46,665 bases of DNA from NCBI GenBank assembly GCA_046725875.1, contig JBKOZJ010000042.1:1-46665 (forward strand), written 5' to 3'. How positions within the stretch are numbered: the first letter of the stretch is position 1; every line of letters starts with the position of its first letter. Position numbers and translations under genes: made by a program. The stretch comes from Actinomycetota bacterium (GTDB lineage Bacteria; Actinomycetota; Actinomycetes; JAKEEW01). Below are positions 19,207 to 27,819 of the stretch, one piece after another. The notes under the pieces were generated by a model. It had not been told where the DNA came from. It searched no databases and saw nothing but the letters and a program-made list of their open reading frames with translations.

Positions 19207-20311
19207 GAGTATGTCTGGCAATGCCTCGGCGATTCCCGCGCCCCGCGAGATGACCGGGATGGAGTCGCTCACCAAGGGCCTCGAGCTGGTACCGAAGACC
19301 GACGATAAGCAGTCGGCTAAGGACTTCAAGAGCGACCAGGAAGTTCGCTGGTGCCCCGGCTGCGGCGACTATGCGATCCTCGCGACAATGCAGGGCTTCC
19401 TGCCCGAGCTTGGCTTGCGCCGCGAGAACATCGTGTTCGTATCCGGAATCGGCTGCTCATCCCGGTTCCCGTACTACATGAACACCTACGGTCTGCACTC
19501 CATCCACGGGCGGGCTCCGGCGATCGCGACCGGTCTTGCCGCCTCCCGGCCGGACCTGTCGGTTTGGGTGATCACCGGGGACGGCGACGGCCTTTCCATC
19601 GGCGGGAACCACCTCATCCACGCGCTGCGCCGCAACGTCAACCTCAAGATCCTGCTCTTCAACAACCGGATCTATGGGTTGACGAAGGGCCAGTACTCAC
19701 CGACGTCCGAACTCGGCAAGATCACAAAGTCCACGCCGATGGGGTCGCTCGACCACCCGTTCAACCCCATCTCGCTGGCGCTCGGCGCCGAGGCGACCTT
19801 CGTCGCCCGCAGCATCGATTCCGACCGCAAACACCTCTCGTCGGTCCTGCGGGCCGCCGCGGCACACCGCGGATCGGCGTTCGTCGAGATCTACCAAAAC
19901 TGCAACATCTACAACGACAACGCCTTCGAGGTCCTCAAGGACAGCTCGATCAGAGACGCCCATCTCATCCGATTGGAGCACGGAGAACCGATTCGGTACG
20001 GCGCCTCCGGCGAGCTGGGCATCCGCCGCAACCCGCAGACCGGCGAGCTCGAGACCGTTGCCGTGGCGAACGCGGCCGAGGACAGCATCCTTGTACACGA
20101 CGCACACTCGCCGGACCCGTCGACGGCGTTTGGCCTCTCGCGTCTTGCCGACGACACCCTGGCGCGGACCGCGATCGGGGTCTTCCGGTCGGTAATCCGG
20201 CGCACCTACGACGATCTGATGAGTTCGCAGGTCGAACGGGCCGTCGAGAAGCAGGGTGCGGGCGACCTTGGAGCGCTCCTGACCTCGGGCGACACCTGGA
20301 CCGTCAACTAA
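19199..20311 (+). CDS. korB: 2-oxoacid:ferredoxin oxidoreductase beta subunit
   Basis: WCPGCGD, SGIGCSS, HSIHGRA, TPP motif GDGD...NNRIYGLTKGQ. Start could be a downstream ATG. Confidence 0.94.
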   Translation: MPESMSGNASAIPAPREMTGMESLTKGLELVPKTDDKQSAKDFKSDQEVRWCPGCGDYAILATMQGFLPELGLRRENIVFVSGIGCSSRFPYYMNTYGLHSIHGRAPAIATGLAASRPDLSVWVITGDGDGLSIGGNHLIHALRRNVNLKILLFNNRIYGLTKGQYSPTSELGKITKSTPMGSLDHPFNPISLALGAEATFVARSIDSDRKHLSSVLRAAAAHRGSAFVEIYQNCNIYNDNAFEVLKDSSIRDAHLIRLEHGEPIRYGASGELGIRRNPQTGELETVAVANAAEDSILVHDAHSPDPSTAFGLSRLADDTLARTAIGVFRSVIRRTYDDLMSSQVERAVEKQGAGDLGALLTSGDTWTVN

Positions 20312-20349
20312 CGGAACCGTCCGTCGTACTTTCGGCCCGGGCCGATCTC

Positions 20350-20397
20350 GGCGAAAGGGCCCTCCACCCGGGCCAGGTTGGGTGCAGGCCCTTCGCC
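20350..20397. terminator. Long hairpin between convergent korB and MFS genes
   Basis: GGCGAAAGGGCC..CACCC pairs with GGGTG..GGCCCTTCGCC. Confidence 0.65.
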
Positions 20398-20409
20398 TGG
20401 ACTTGTGGT

Positions 20410-21885
20410 TTAGCAGTTTGCCGGCTCGAGCTCTGGTTCGGCCAAGCCGTGGGCATCCGCCACAACAGCTTCGCCGGCGCCGGCGCGCGGAAGGCTCCGC
20501 AGGAGCGTCGCGCCGATCACGGCCGCCGCCGCGGCAAAGACAGCGCCGACGACGAAGGCGATGTGGTAGCCGCCGGTGAGGGCGGTGAGAGCGTCGGCGC
20601 CAGACCCAGTCAAGCCGTCGCTTCCAGCCGCGGCGAGGCTCGCCAGAACTGCCAGCCCGAGCGCGCCGCCCATCATGAACGAGGTGTTGACCGCGCCCGA
20701 GGCGAGCCCCGCTTCGGCCGGCTCCACGTCGCTCATTGCCGCGAGCAGCACCGGGTTGAACGCCAGGCCGGCGCCGAACCCGAGCAGAATCATGCTCGGG
20801 AGTACGTCGGCCGCGAAGCTGCCACCAACCGGCGCCTGCGCCAGCAGTATCAGTCCCAGCGCAGACACCAGCAGCCCAACCGCGAGCGGCGGCTTGATGC
20901 CGTACTTCATCACGAGCTTCGCAGAGAGCCCGATCGAGAAGGTGGCCATGATCAGGTTCGCCGGCAGGAAGGCGAGGCCTACTTCCAGCGGGCTGTAGCC
21001 GAGGACGAGCTGAAGGTAGAGGGCCGAGATGAAGAACCAGGCGAACATCGCCGCGGCCCAAAGGACGCCGATCACATTTGACACCGCGACGTTGCGCCTG
21101 CGGAACAGACCGAGCGGGATCAGCGGCGAGCTGACCCGAGACTCGATCCGCAGGAACAGCGCGAAGAGGGCGACGGCGGCGCCAAGGAGACCCAGCGTCC
21201 GGGTCGAGGTCCAACCCGCGTCGTTCCCGTTCACGATCCCGTAGACGGCGAGCATCAGCGACCCGGTGACCGTGACGGCGCCCGCAACATCGAGCCGGCC
21301 GGTCGCGGTTCGTTCCCTATCCGCGGGCAGCAGGAGCAGGCAGAGCGCGAAGACGGCGACGCCGATCGGCAGGTTGACCAGGAAGACCCAGTGCCAGTTG
21401 AGCAGGTCCGTGAGCACCCCACCCATGAGCACGCCGATGCTGCCGCCACCCGCGGCCACGAAGCCGATGACGCCCATCGCCTTCGCACGCTCGGCGGGCT
21501 CGGTGAACAGCACCATGATGAGCGAAAGGGCAACGGCGGAGACCACCGCGCCGCCGAGGCCCTGGATGGCCCGCGCGGCGATCAGGAAACCCTGCGACGT
21601 TGCCAGCCCGCAGACCAACGAGGCCCCGGTGAACAGCCCGATCCCGATCAAGAACAAGCGGCGCTGGCCGAACAGATCGCCGAGCCGGCCGCCGAGCAGG
21701 AGGAAACCGCCGAACGTGAGCAGGTAGGCGTTGACCACCCAGGCCAGCGACGTCTCGGTGAACCCGAGATCGTCCCTAATCGAGGGCAATGCGACGTTCA
21801 CGATCGTCGTGTCAAGGACAATCATCAGGTCCCCCAGGCACAGGACCAACAAGGCGTACCACCTGGTACGGCCGTCCATAGTCAT
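20410..21885 (-). CDS. 14-TMS MFS efflux pump (DHA2, EmrB/QacA-like)
   Basis: LDTTIVNVALPSI, GGRLGDLFGQRR (motif A), RAIQGLG, WHWVFLVNLPIG. RBS AAAGGAG. Confidence 0.93.
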   Translation of the reverse strand: MTMDGRTRWYALLVLCLGDLMIVLDTTIVNVALPSIRDDLGFTETSLAWVVNAYLLTFGGFLLLGGRLGDLFGQRRLFLIGIGLFTGASLVCGLATSQGFLIAARAIQGLGGAVVSAVALSLIMVLFTEPAERAKAMGVIGFVAAGGGSIGVLMGGVLTDLLNWHWVFLVNLPIGVAVFALCLLLLPADRERTATGRLDVAGAVTVTGSLMLAVYGIVNGNDAGWTSTRTLGLLGAAVALFALFLRIESRVSSPLIPLGLFRRRNVAVSNVIGVLWAAAMFAWFFISALYLQLVLGYSPLEVGLAFLPANLIMATFSIGLSAKLVMKYGIKPPLAVGLLVSALGLILLAQAPVGGSFAADVLPSMILLGFGAGLAFNPVLLAAMSDVEPAEAGLASGAVNTSFMMGGALGLAVLASLAAAGSDGLTGSGADALTALTGGYHIAFVVGAVFAAAAAVIGATLLRSLPRAGAGEAVVADAHGLAEPELEPANC

Positions 21886-21923
21886 GTCTAGTGCTCCTTT
21901 AAAGCGCTTCGCTTCAACTGCTG

Positions 21924-21955
21924 GGTAGACCGACCTGCTGGCCAGAACTCATCGC
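21924..21955 (-). promoter_or_regulatory. Putative ECF promoter for the DHA2 pump
   Basis: Minus strand GCGATGAGTTC-N14-GTCTACC. Both boxes and the spacing are identical to the copy at 23999-24030. Confidence 0.75.
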
Positions 21956-21979
21956 CCAACGGGTGTCATCTGGGGGTCC

Positions 21980-22014
21980 TTGACTTCAAGATTTTGAGAG
22001 AATACTCTCGAGAT
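21980..22014 (+). promoter_or_regulatory. Housekeeping-type leaderless promoter with an overlapping operator palindrome
   Basis: TTGACT (21980-85)-N17-TACTCT (22003-08)-N6-ATG (22015). GAGAG-AATA-CTCTC at 21996-22009. Confidence 0.8.
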
Positions 22015-22653
22015 ATGTCTCTCACGAATCCGTACGACGACTTCGAGCTGACTGACCCGCAGGCGATGCGCGCCCTCGCCCACCCGGTACGCCTGGGGAT
22101 CTTGGAGAGGCTGCAGCGCCACGGGCCCGCCACCGCGACTCAGCTCGCGCCGCACGTCGGGGCCAGCCCATCGGTGACGAGTTGGCACCTGCGCCACCTC
22201 GCGGAGTTCGGGCTGGTCCAAGACGTGGAGGTGGGCGACGACAAGCGGCTGCGCTGGTGGAGGGCGGCCAAGCGCGGCTTCCGGCTCTCCCCCGCCCCGG
22301 ACGACGCGGCCGGCCAGGCCGCTGCGCGCATTCTCGGCCAGCAACTGTTCACCCGTTATCGCGACGTGCCGCTGGCGTGGCTCGACCGCGACGAGCCTCA
22401 CCTCGAGCCGGAGTGGCACGAGCTGGCCGGCCTCGCAAATACGGGCATCTCGGTGACCCTCGACGAGCTGCGGGCGATCGAAACACAGGTCGAGGAGATC
22501 TTGGCGCCGTATGTACAGCGCGGCGACGCGGCACCGCCCGGTGCCAGAGGTGTCCGCATCATGCGCTATGTCATGCCCGAAGCAGCGGGTCGGGCGCGCG
22601 AGCGCCGAACACAGGAACAGCCAATCGACCAAGAAGAAGGCGCATCGTCATGA
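22015..22653 (+). CDS. ArsR-like winged-helix transcriptional regulator
   Basis: MRALAHPVRLGILERL...GPATATQLA..VG.SPS..SWHLRHLAEFGLV. Confidence 0.9.
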   Translation: MSLTNPYDDFELTDPQAMRALAHPVRLGILERLQRHGPATATQLAPHVGASPSVTSWHLRHLAEFGLVQDVEVGDDKRLRWWRAAKRGFRLSPAPDDAAGQAAARILGQQLFTRYRDVPLAWLDRDEPHLEPEWHELAGLANTGISVTLDELRAIETQVEEILAPYVQRGDAAPPGARGVRIMRYVMPEAAGRARERRTQEQPIDQEEGASS

Positions 22654-24005
22654 CCGCGATCTTGGATGCCCCACCCGCCGCGGTACCAACCATCTCGTTG
22701 TGGCGGGATCGGCGGTTCACGACGTTCTGGGCCGGCCACACCGTCTCCCAGTTCGGCGACCGCGTCACCGAGCTCGCCCTCCCGCTGATCGCGGTCCTGC
22801 TGCTCGACGCCGGTCCGGCGCAGGTCGGCCTGCTGACGGCCGCCGTCTGGCTGCCCAACCTCGCCGCGATGTTCGTGGGTGCCTGGATCGATCGGCGCAC
22901 CAAGAAGCGCCAGGTCCTGGTCGGCGCCGACTTGGTGCGGGCGGTCGCCCTGGTCAGCATCCCCGTCGCATTCTCCCTCGATGCCTTGACGTTCCAGCTG
23001 CTCCTCACGGTCGCGATCGTTACCGGGCTCGGCGAGGTCTTCTTCCACATGGCGTATCCGGCGTTCTATGTCAGCCTGGTCCGTCCCGAGTCGTATGTTG
23101 ACGCGAACAGCAAGCTCAGCACCTCCCGCGCCGCTTCCTTCGTGGCCGGTCCGGCGGTCGGGGGCGCGCTGATCCATGTGCTGACTGCCCCGGTCGCCGT
23201 CGTGGTCGACGCGATCTCGTTCCTGTTCTCCGCGGTCGTCATCGGCCGGCTCCGGCTCCACGGCGACGCCCCCCAGGACCACGCTCTCCGGCCAGCGGAG
23301 GCGGAGACCGGCGCCGGCTCGGCCGCCCCCGTCGACGGGACGCGAGCCGGCACGGCAACGCTTGTTCGCCAGGCGCTGGACGGGCTGCGCTTCATCACTC
23401 GCCACCCGGTCCTCCGGGCGAGTCTTGGGTGTACGACGACAATCAACTTCTTCACGTTCATCGCCCAGGCCCTCGTGATCCTCTACGCGAGCCGTTCGCT
23501 CGGGCTTTCCGATGCGATGATCGGCCTTGCTCTGGGGATCGGCGCCTGCGGTGGACTGGCCGGCGCAGTTCTCGCGCCGCTGGTCGCCAAGATTCTCGGC
23601 GTCGGTCGAACGATCATGTTCGGCGCCATCCTCTTCCCCGCGCCGATCGCCCTGCTCACCACGGCCGACGGTTCCCCGCTCACGAATGCCGTGATCCTCA
23701 GTGTCGCCGAGCTGCTCTCCGGCATCGGCGTCATGCTCTTCGACGTGAACCAGAACGCCGTCCTCACCACCGTTACCCCGGACGACATGCGGGGTCGAAC
23801 GACCGGGGCGTTCAGCACGATCAACTACGGCAGCCGGCCGATCGGGGCAGTAGCCGGAGGATTGCTCGGAACGGTTCTGGGATTGCGGCCGACGCTTCTA
23901 CTCGCCGCTGTCGGCGGTGCGCTCGCCGTGCTCTGGCTGATTCGCTCACCGATACCGCGGATGGAGCGTGTTGAGCAGGACGTGGACGCTGTGGGTCAGC
24001 GATGA
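22650..24005 (+). CDS. 12-TMS MFS transporter (DHA3/MFS_3-like)
   Basis: ATGA overlap with the regulator. FWAGHTVSQFGD, GAWIDRRTKK, GPAVGG, TPDDMRGR. Confidence 0.9.
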   Translation: MTAILDAPPAAVPTISLWRDRRFTTFWAGHTVSQFGDRVTELALPLIAVLLLDAGPAQVGLLTAAVWLPNLAAMFVGAWIDRRTKKRQVLVGADLVRAVALVSIPVAFSLDALTFQLLLTVAIVTGLGEVFFHMAYPAFYVSLVRPESYVDANSKLSTSRAASFVAGPAVGGALIHVLTAPVAVVVDAISFLFSAVVIGRLRLHGDAPQDHALRPAEAETGAGSAAPVDGTRAGTATLVRQALDGLRFITRHPVLRASLGCTTTINFFTFIAQALVILYASRSLGLSDAMIGLALGIGACGGLAGAVLAPLVAKILGVGRTIMFGAILFPAPIALLTTADGSPLTNAVILSVAELLSGIGVMLFDVNQNAVLTTVTPDDMRGRTTGAFSTINYGSRPIGAVAGGLLGTVLGLRPTLLLAAVGGALAVLWLIRSPIPRMERVEQDVDAVGQR

Positions 24006-24030
24006 GTTCGGCCTGGTTTCGACGTCTACC
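23999..24030 (+). promoter_or_regulatory. Putative ECF promoter for the STAS/sigma genes
   Basis: GCGATGAGTTC-N14-GTCTACC. The -35 box contains the MFS stop codon. Confidence 0.75.
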
Positions 24031-24155
24031 TAGACGGGTGCCGGAAAAGGGGAGCCCATGGGCCTGCCGCGGGCTCCCGACGTCCGCCCGGACGCCCATA
24101 CGAGTAGACCCATTAGTACGGGTTTCGGTGACGGGGTCGGGGAGGAGGTGGAACG

Positions 24156-24485
24156 GTGGCGGCCGTGGAGCGAGCGAGCAGCGCGTCCCAAGACGGGGAG
24201 CCCTTCTCGTCTTCCGCCGCGGTCGTGGTCACCTTCCCGGCACGAGTCGCCCGTGCGAGCATTCCCGAGATCTGCGAGCAGGTGCAAGCGCTCCTGGGAT
24301 CCACTGGGGCGATCATGCTTATCGCCGATACCAAGCCGGTCACCGAGCCGGACTTGGCCGCGGTCGAGGCGATCTTCCGCCTGAAGCTGATCGCTGGCCG
24401 GCGCGGCTGCACGATGCGGCTGGTGGGCGCGTCACCTCGGCTACTCGAGCTACTCGCCTTCGCCGGCCTCCCGGACATTGTCTAG
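24156..24485 (+). CDS. Small STAS-domain protein (RsfG-like partner of the ECF sigma factor)
   Basis: 109 aa, EPDLAAVEAIFRLKLIAGRRGCTMRLVGASPRLLELLAFAGL. RBS GGAGGAGG. Directly upstream of the sigma gene. Confidence 0.8.
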   Translation: MAAVERASSASQDGEPFSSSAAVVVTFPARVARASIPEICEQVQALLGSTGAIMLIADTKPVTEPDLAAVEAIFRLKLIAGRRGCTMRLVGASPRLLELLAFAGLPDIV

Positions 24486-24665
24486 CGCCTCTCCGTGGCG
24501 TGGGCGGGAGTGAGCTCTGCCGACCCCGATCAGGCACGAGCCGGTCCAGCCCGACGGGCCCTCGCCGACTCGCCGACTTGTCGGAGTGGCGGCCTACGAT
24601 AGTCGTTCTAACGGTTGCGCAATGCCGTCCCGTCTCGACCGTGACCGCCGGGAGGAACGATCTCG

Positions 24666-25682
24666 ATGACGGATCTCGAAGGCAGCTTCGACACAACGAG
24701 CAGGAGCGCGGCCGCACGTGCGTCCGGCGACCTGGAGACCCAGCTCGAGCAGCATCGGGTCGAGCTGACCGGCTACTGCTATCGGATGCTCGGCTCGGCC
24801 TTCGAGTCGGACGACGCCGTTCAGGAGACGATGATCCGTGCCTGGCGGAGCTACGACAGCTTCGAGGGTCGGTCGTCGCTGCGCTCATGGCTCTATCGGA
24901 TCGCGACCAACGTCTGCCTCGACATGCTCGACGGCCGACAGCGGCGCGCCAGGCCGATGGATCTGTCCTCGCCGCAGCCTGCCGACGTGTCGCTCCTGGG
25001 CGCACCGCTTCCAGAGACAACGTGGGTGCTGCCGATCCCGGACGGCCAGGTGATCGCGAGCGACACCGATCCAGCCGAGGTGGCGGTCTCCCGCGAGACG
25101 ATCCGGCTGGCGTTCGTGGCGGCGCTGCAGCACCTTCCGCCCCGGCAGCGCGCAGTGCTGATTCTTCGGGAGGTGCTGCGCTGGAGGGCGAACGAAGTTG
25201 CCGAGCTTCTGGACACCTCGGTGGCATCGGTCAACAGCGCCCTGCAGAGAGCGCGGGCCACGCTCGCGGAGAGCGACATTACCGAGGCCGACCCCATCAA
25301 GCCAATGGACGAAGAGCAGCAGAAGCTGCTCACGCGCTACGTCGAGGCGTTCGAGCAGTATGACCTGGATACGCTCGTCTCCCTTCTGCACGAGGAGGCG
25401 ACCTGGTCGATGCCGCCGTTCGCGTTGTGGATGCGTGGCCACGCCGAGATCCGCAACTGGTTGATCGGGCCGGGAATCGGGTGCCGCGGATCGCGGCTCA
25501 TCTCGACGGTGGCCAATGGGATGCCAGCCTTCGGGCAATATCGGCAAAGCCCCACCGGCGGCCACGAGCCATGGGCGCTTCAGGTGCTCGAGATAGCGGA
25601 CGGCCGCATCGTCGGCGGCAACTTCTTCCTCGACACCCCGAGCCTTTTCCCGATCTTCGGTCTCCCGCCGCGCCTCGGGTGA
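24666..25682 (+). CDS. ECF sigma factor with C-terminal SnoaL-like domain (SigG/ECF56-like)
   Basis: YCYRMLGS..DDAVQET..RAW, SWLYRIATNVCLD, LPPRQRAVLILREVL, SVNSALQRAR, then WSMPP...ANGMPAFGQY extension. Confidence 0.93.
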   Translation: MTDLEGSFDTTSRSAAARASGDLETQLEQHRVELTGYCYRMLGSAFESDDAVQETMIRAWRSYDSFEGRSSLRSWLYRIATNVCLDMLDGRQRRARPMDLSSPQPADVSLLGAPLPETTWVLPIPDGQVIASDTDPAEVAVSRETIRLAFVAALQHLPPRQRAVLILREVLRWRANEVAELLDTSVASVNSALQRARATLAESDITEADPIKPMDEEQQKLLTRYVEAFEQYDLDTLVSLLHEEATWSMPPFALWMRGHAEIRNWLIGPGIGCRGSRLISTVANGMPAFGQYRQSPTGGHEPWALQVLEIADGRIVGGNFFLDTPSLFPIFGLPPRLG

Positions 25683-25771
25683 CCTCTGATCTGTCGTACA
25701 GCCGCAGCGGCGACCGGGGTCCCGGGAACCTCGCAGATCGGCGGCCGCGCGATACTTCACGGGGGCCAGAG

Positions 25772-26236
25772 CTAGGACGCGAGCAGGCCGAGCGCGCGGA
25801 AGGTGGTACGCGCGAACGGCCCCAGACCGATTCTCGGAAGCTCGTGCGTCGTGAACCACCGCACGTCGGTTGTCTCATCGCCATCGGGTTTTGGCTCTCC
25901 GCTTATCACGGTGGCCTCGAAAATGATCGAGACGCATGCCGTCTCGTCGCCGTTGGGGTAGGTCATCCGGAATTCCGGTCCACCCAAGGCGTCGATGATC
26001 CGACCGAGCTCGACGATTACCCCCGCTTCTTCCCGGGCCTCCCGGCGAGCCGCCGCGCGAGGGCTCTCGTCAAGCTCGATGTAGCCGCCGATCGTTCCCC
26101 ACAGACCCGTCTGCGCTTGCTTGACGAGCAGGATCCGGCCGGCCCCGTCCCTGGGAAGCACCGCAACCGTCGGCAGCAGCAGCACATCGTTCCCGACATG
26201 CTCGCGAAGCCGGGCAATATGCTCCGAGATTGCCAT
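25772..26236 (-). CDS. NUDIX hydrolase
   Basis: Nudix box GGYIELDESPRAAARREAREEAG, plus YPNGD motif. Confidence 0.9.
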   Translation of the reverse strand: MAISEHIARLREHVGNDVLLLPTVAVLPRDGAGRILLVKQAQTGLWGTIGGYIELDESPRAAARREAREEAGVIVELGRIIDALGGPEFRMTYPNGDETACVSIIFEATVISGEPKPDGDETTDVRWFTTHELPRIGLGPFARTTFRALGLLAS

Positions 26237-26259
26237 GTGTCAACGACCTGGCGAGATGA

Positions 26260-27579
26260 TCAGGGCTGATCGACGAACGCGCCGAGGCCCTGCAGCTTGT
26301 TCAGGAAGTTCTCGTAGCCGCGGTAGATCAGGTCGATGCCATGGATGGTGGACCTGCCCTCGGCGGCTAGGGCGGCGATGAGATACGAGAAGCCGCCGCG
26401 CAGGTCGGGGATGACAAGCTGGGCGGCGCGGAGCTTCGACGGTCCGGAGATGACGGCCGAGTGCAGGAAGTTCTGCTGGCCGAACCGGCATGGCGTGCCG
26501 CCTAGGCACTCACGGTAGAGCTGGATCGTCGCCCCCATCGCAACGAGCGCCTCGGTGAAACCAAGCCTGCTCTCGTAGACGGTCTCGTGGATGATCGACA
26601 GGCCGTTGGCCTGGGTCAGCGCGACCGCCAGCGGTTGCTGCCAATCGGTCATAAAGCCTGGGTGGACGTCGGTCTCCAGCGGCAGGGCGTGCAGCTCGCC
26701 GCCCGGGTGGAAGAACCTGATCCCGTTGTCGTCGACCTCGAACTCCCCGCCGACCTGGCGGAAGACGTTGAGGAAGGTCATCATGTCGATCTGGGTGGCG
26801 CCGCGAACGTAAATGTCGCCCTTCGTTGCGAGCGCCGTAGACGCCCAGGACGCCGCCTCGATCCGGTCCGGCAGCGCCCGATGAGTGTAGCCGCCGAGCT
26901 GCTCAACTCCGATGATCCTGATCACTCGATCGGTGTGCACAGAGATGATCGCGCCCATCTTCTGCAGAACTGCGATGAGGTCGATGATCTCCGGCTCGAT
27001 AGCTGCATTGCGTAGCTCGGTGACGCCGTCCGCGCAGACCGCAGTCAGCAATACCTGCTCGGTTGTGCCGACGCTTGGATAAGGCAACTTGATCTGGGTT
27101 CCCCGCAACCGATCCGGGGCCTCCAGGTAGAGGCCATCTGGTCGCTTATCCACAACGGCGCCGAAGCGGCGCAGCGCTTCGAGGTGGAAGTCGATGGGCC
27201 GGTCCCCGATCCGGCAGCCGCCGAGATCGGGGATGAAGGCATGGCCGAGCCGGTGGAGCAGCGGCCCGCAGAAAAGTATCGGGATGCGGCTCGAGCCGGC
27301 GTGAGCCTCGACCTCGCCCGCCGCAGCCTGCTCGACCTTCGACGGGTCGAGGAGCAGCTCGCCCGGTTCGTTGCCCAGCTCTACGGACACACCGTGCGCC
27401 TCGAGCAGCCCGGTAACTATACGTACATCCAGAATGTCCGGAACGTTGCGGAGCCGACTCCGCTGGTGTCCGAGCAAGGCGGCGACCATCGCCTTGGACA
27501 CGAGGTTCTTCGCGCCCCGGACGGTGACCTCCCCGTGGAGTGGGTTGCCGCCGTGCACATGGAGGATGTCTTCGGTCAT
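26260..27579 (-). CDS. murA: UDP-N-acetylglucosamine 1-carboxyvinyltransferase
   Basis: GAKN, LGGCRIGDRPIDFH, SVGTTEQ, NAAIEPEI, PDRIE, PGFMTD, DLRGG, RGYE. Confidence 0.96.
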   Translation of the reverse strand: MTEDILHVHGGNPLHGEVTVRGAKNLVSKAMVAALLGHQRSRLRNVPDILDVRIVTGLLEAHGVSVELGNEPGELLLDPSKVEQAAAGEVEAHAGSSRIPILFCGPLLHRLGHAFIPDLGGCRIGDRPIDFHLEALRRFGAVVDKRPDGLYLEAPDRLRGTQIKLPYPSVGTTEQVLLTAVCADGVTELRNAAIEPEIIDLIAVLQKMGAIISVHTDRVIRIIGVEQLGGYTHRALPDRIEAASWASTALATKGDIYVRGATQIDMMTFLNVFRQVGGEFEVDDNGIRFFHPGGELHALPLETDVHPGFMTDWQQPLAVALTQANGLSIIHETVYESRLGFTEALVAMGATIQLYRECLGGTPCRFGQQNFLHSAVISGPSKLRAAQLVIPDLRGGFSYLIAALAAEGRSTIHGIDLIYRGYENFLNKLQGLGAFVDQP

Positions 27580-27787
27580 CTACCTCGGTCCCGGATCGAG
27601 TTGGCGGACAGAGCAGCGCATCCGCGCACGCTATCCATTTCCCCGGTGACGCACGCAACGGGCACGCCCGTCGCTTCATACGCCGCCGGTGATTAACACC
27701 CACATGGCCGTCCGCCACAAACTGCGGCCGCGGAACTGGCGGATAGTCGAGCATCCCCACAGCCATTGCGGCGAAACGGCCGACCAC

Positions 27788-27819
27788 ACCTTACTGGATT
27801 CGATCGCCATAGACGTCAA
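27788..27819 (-). promoter_or_regulatory. Putative murA promoter
   Basis: Minus strand TTGACG (27819-14)-N20-TAAGGT (27793-88). The predicted +1 near 27781 coincides with the start of a long hairpin. Confidence 0.5.
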
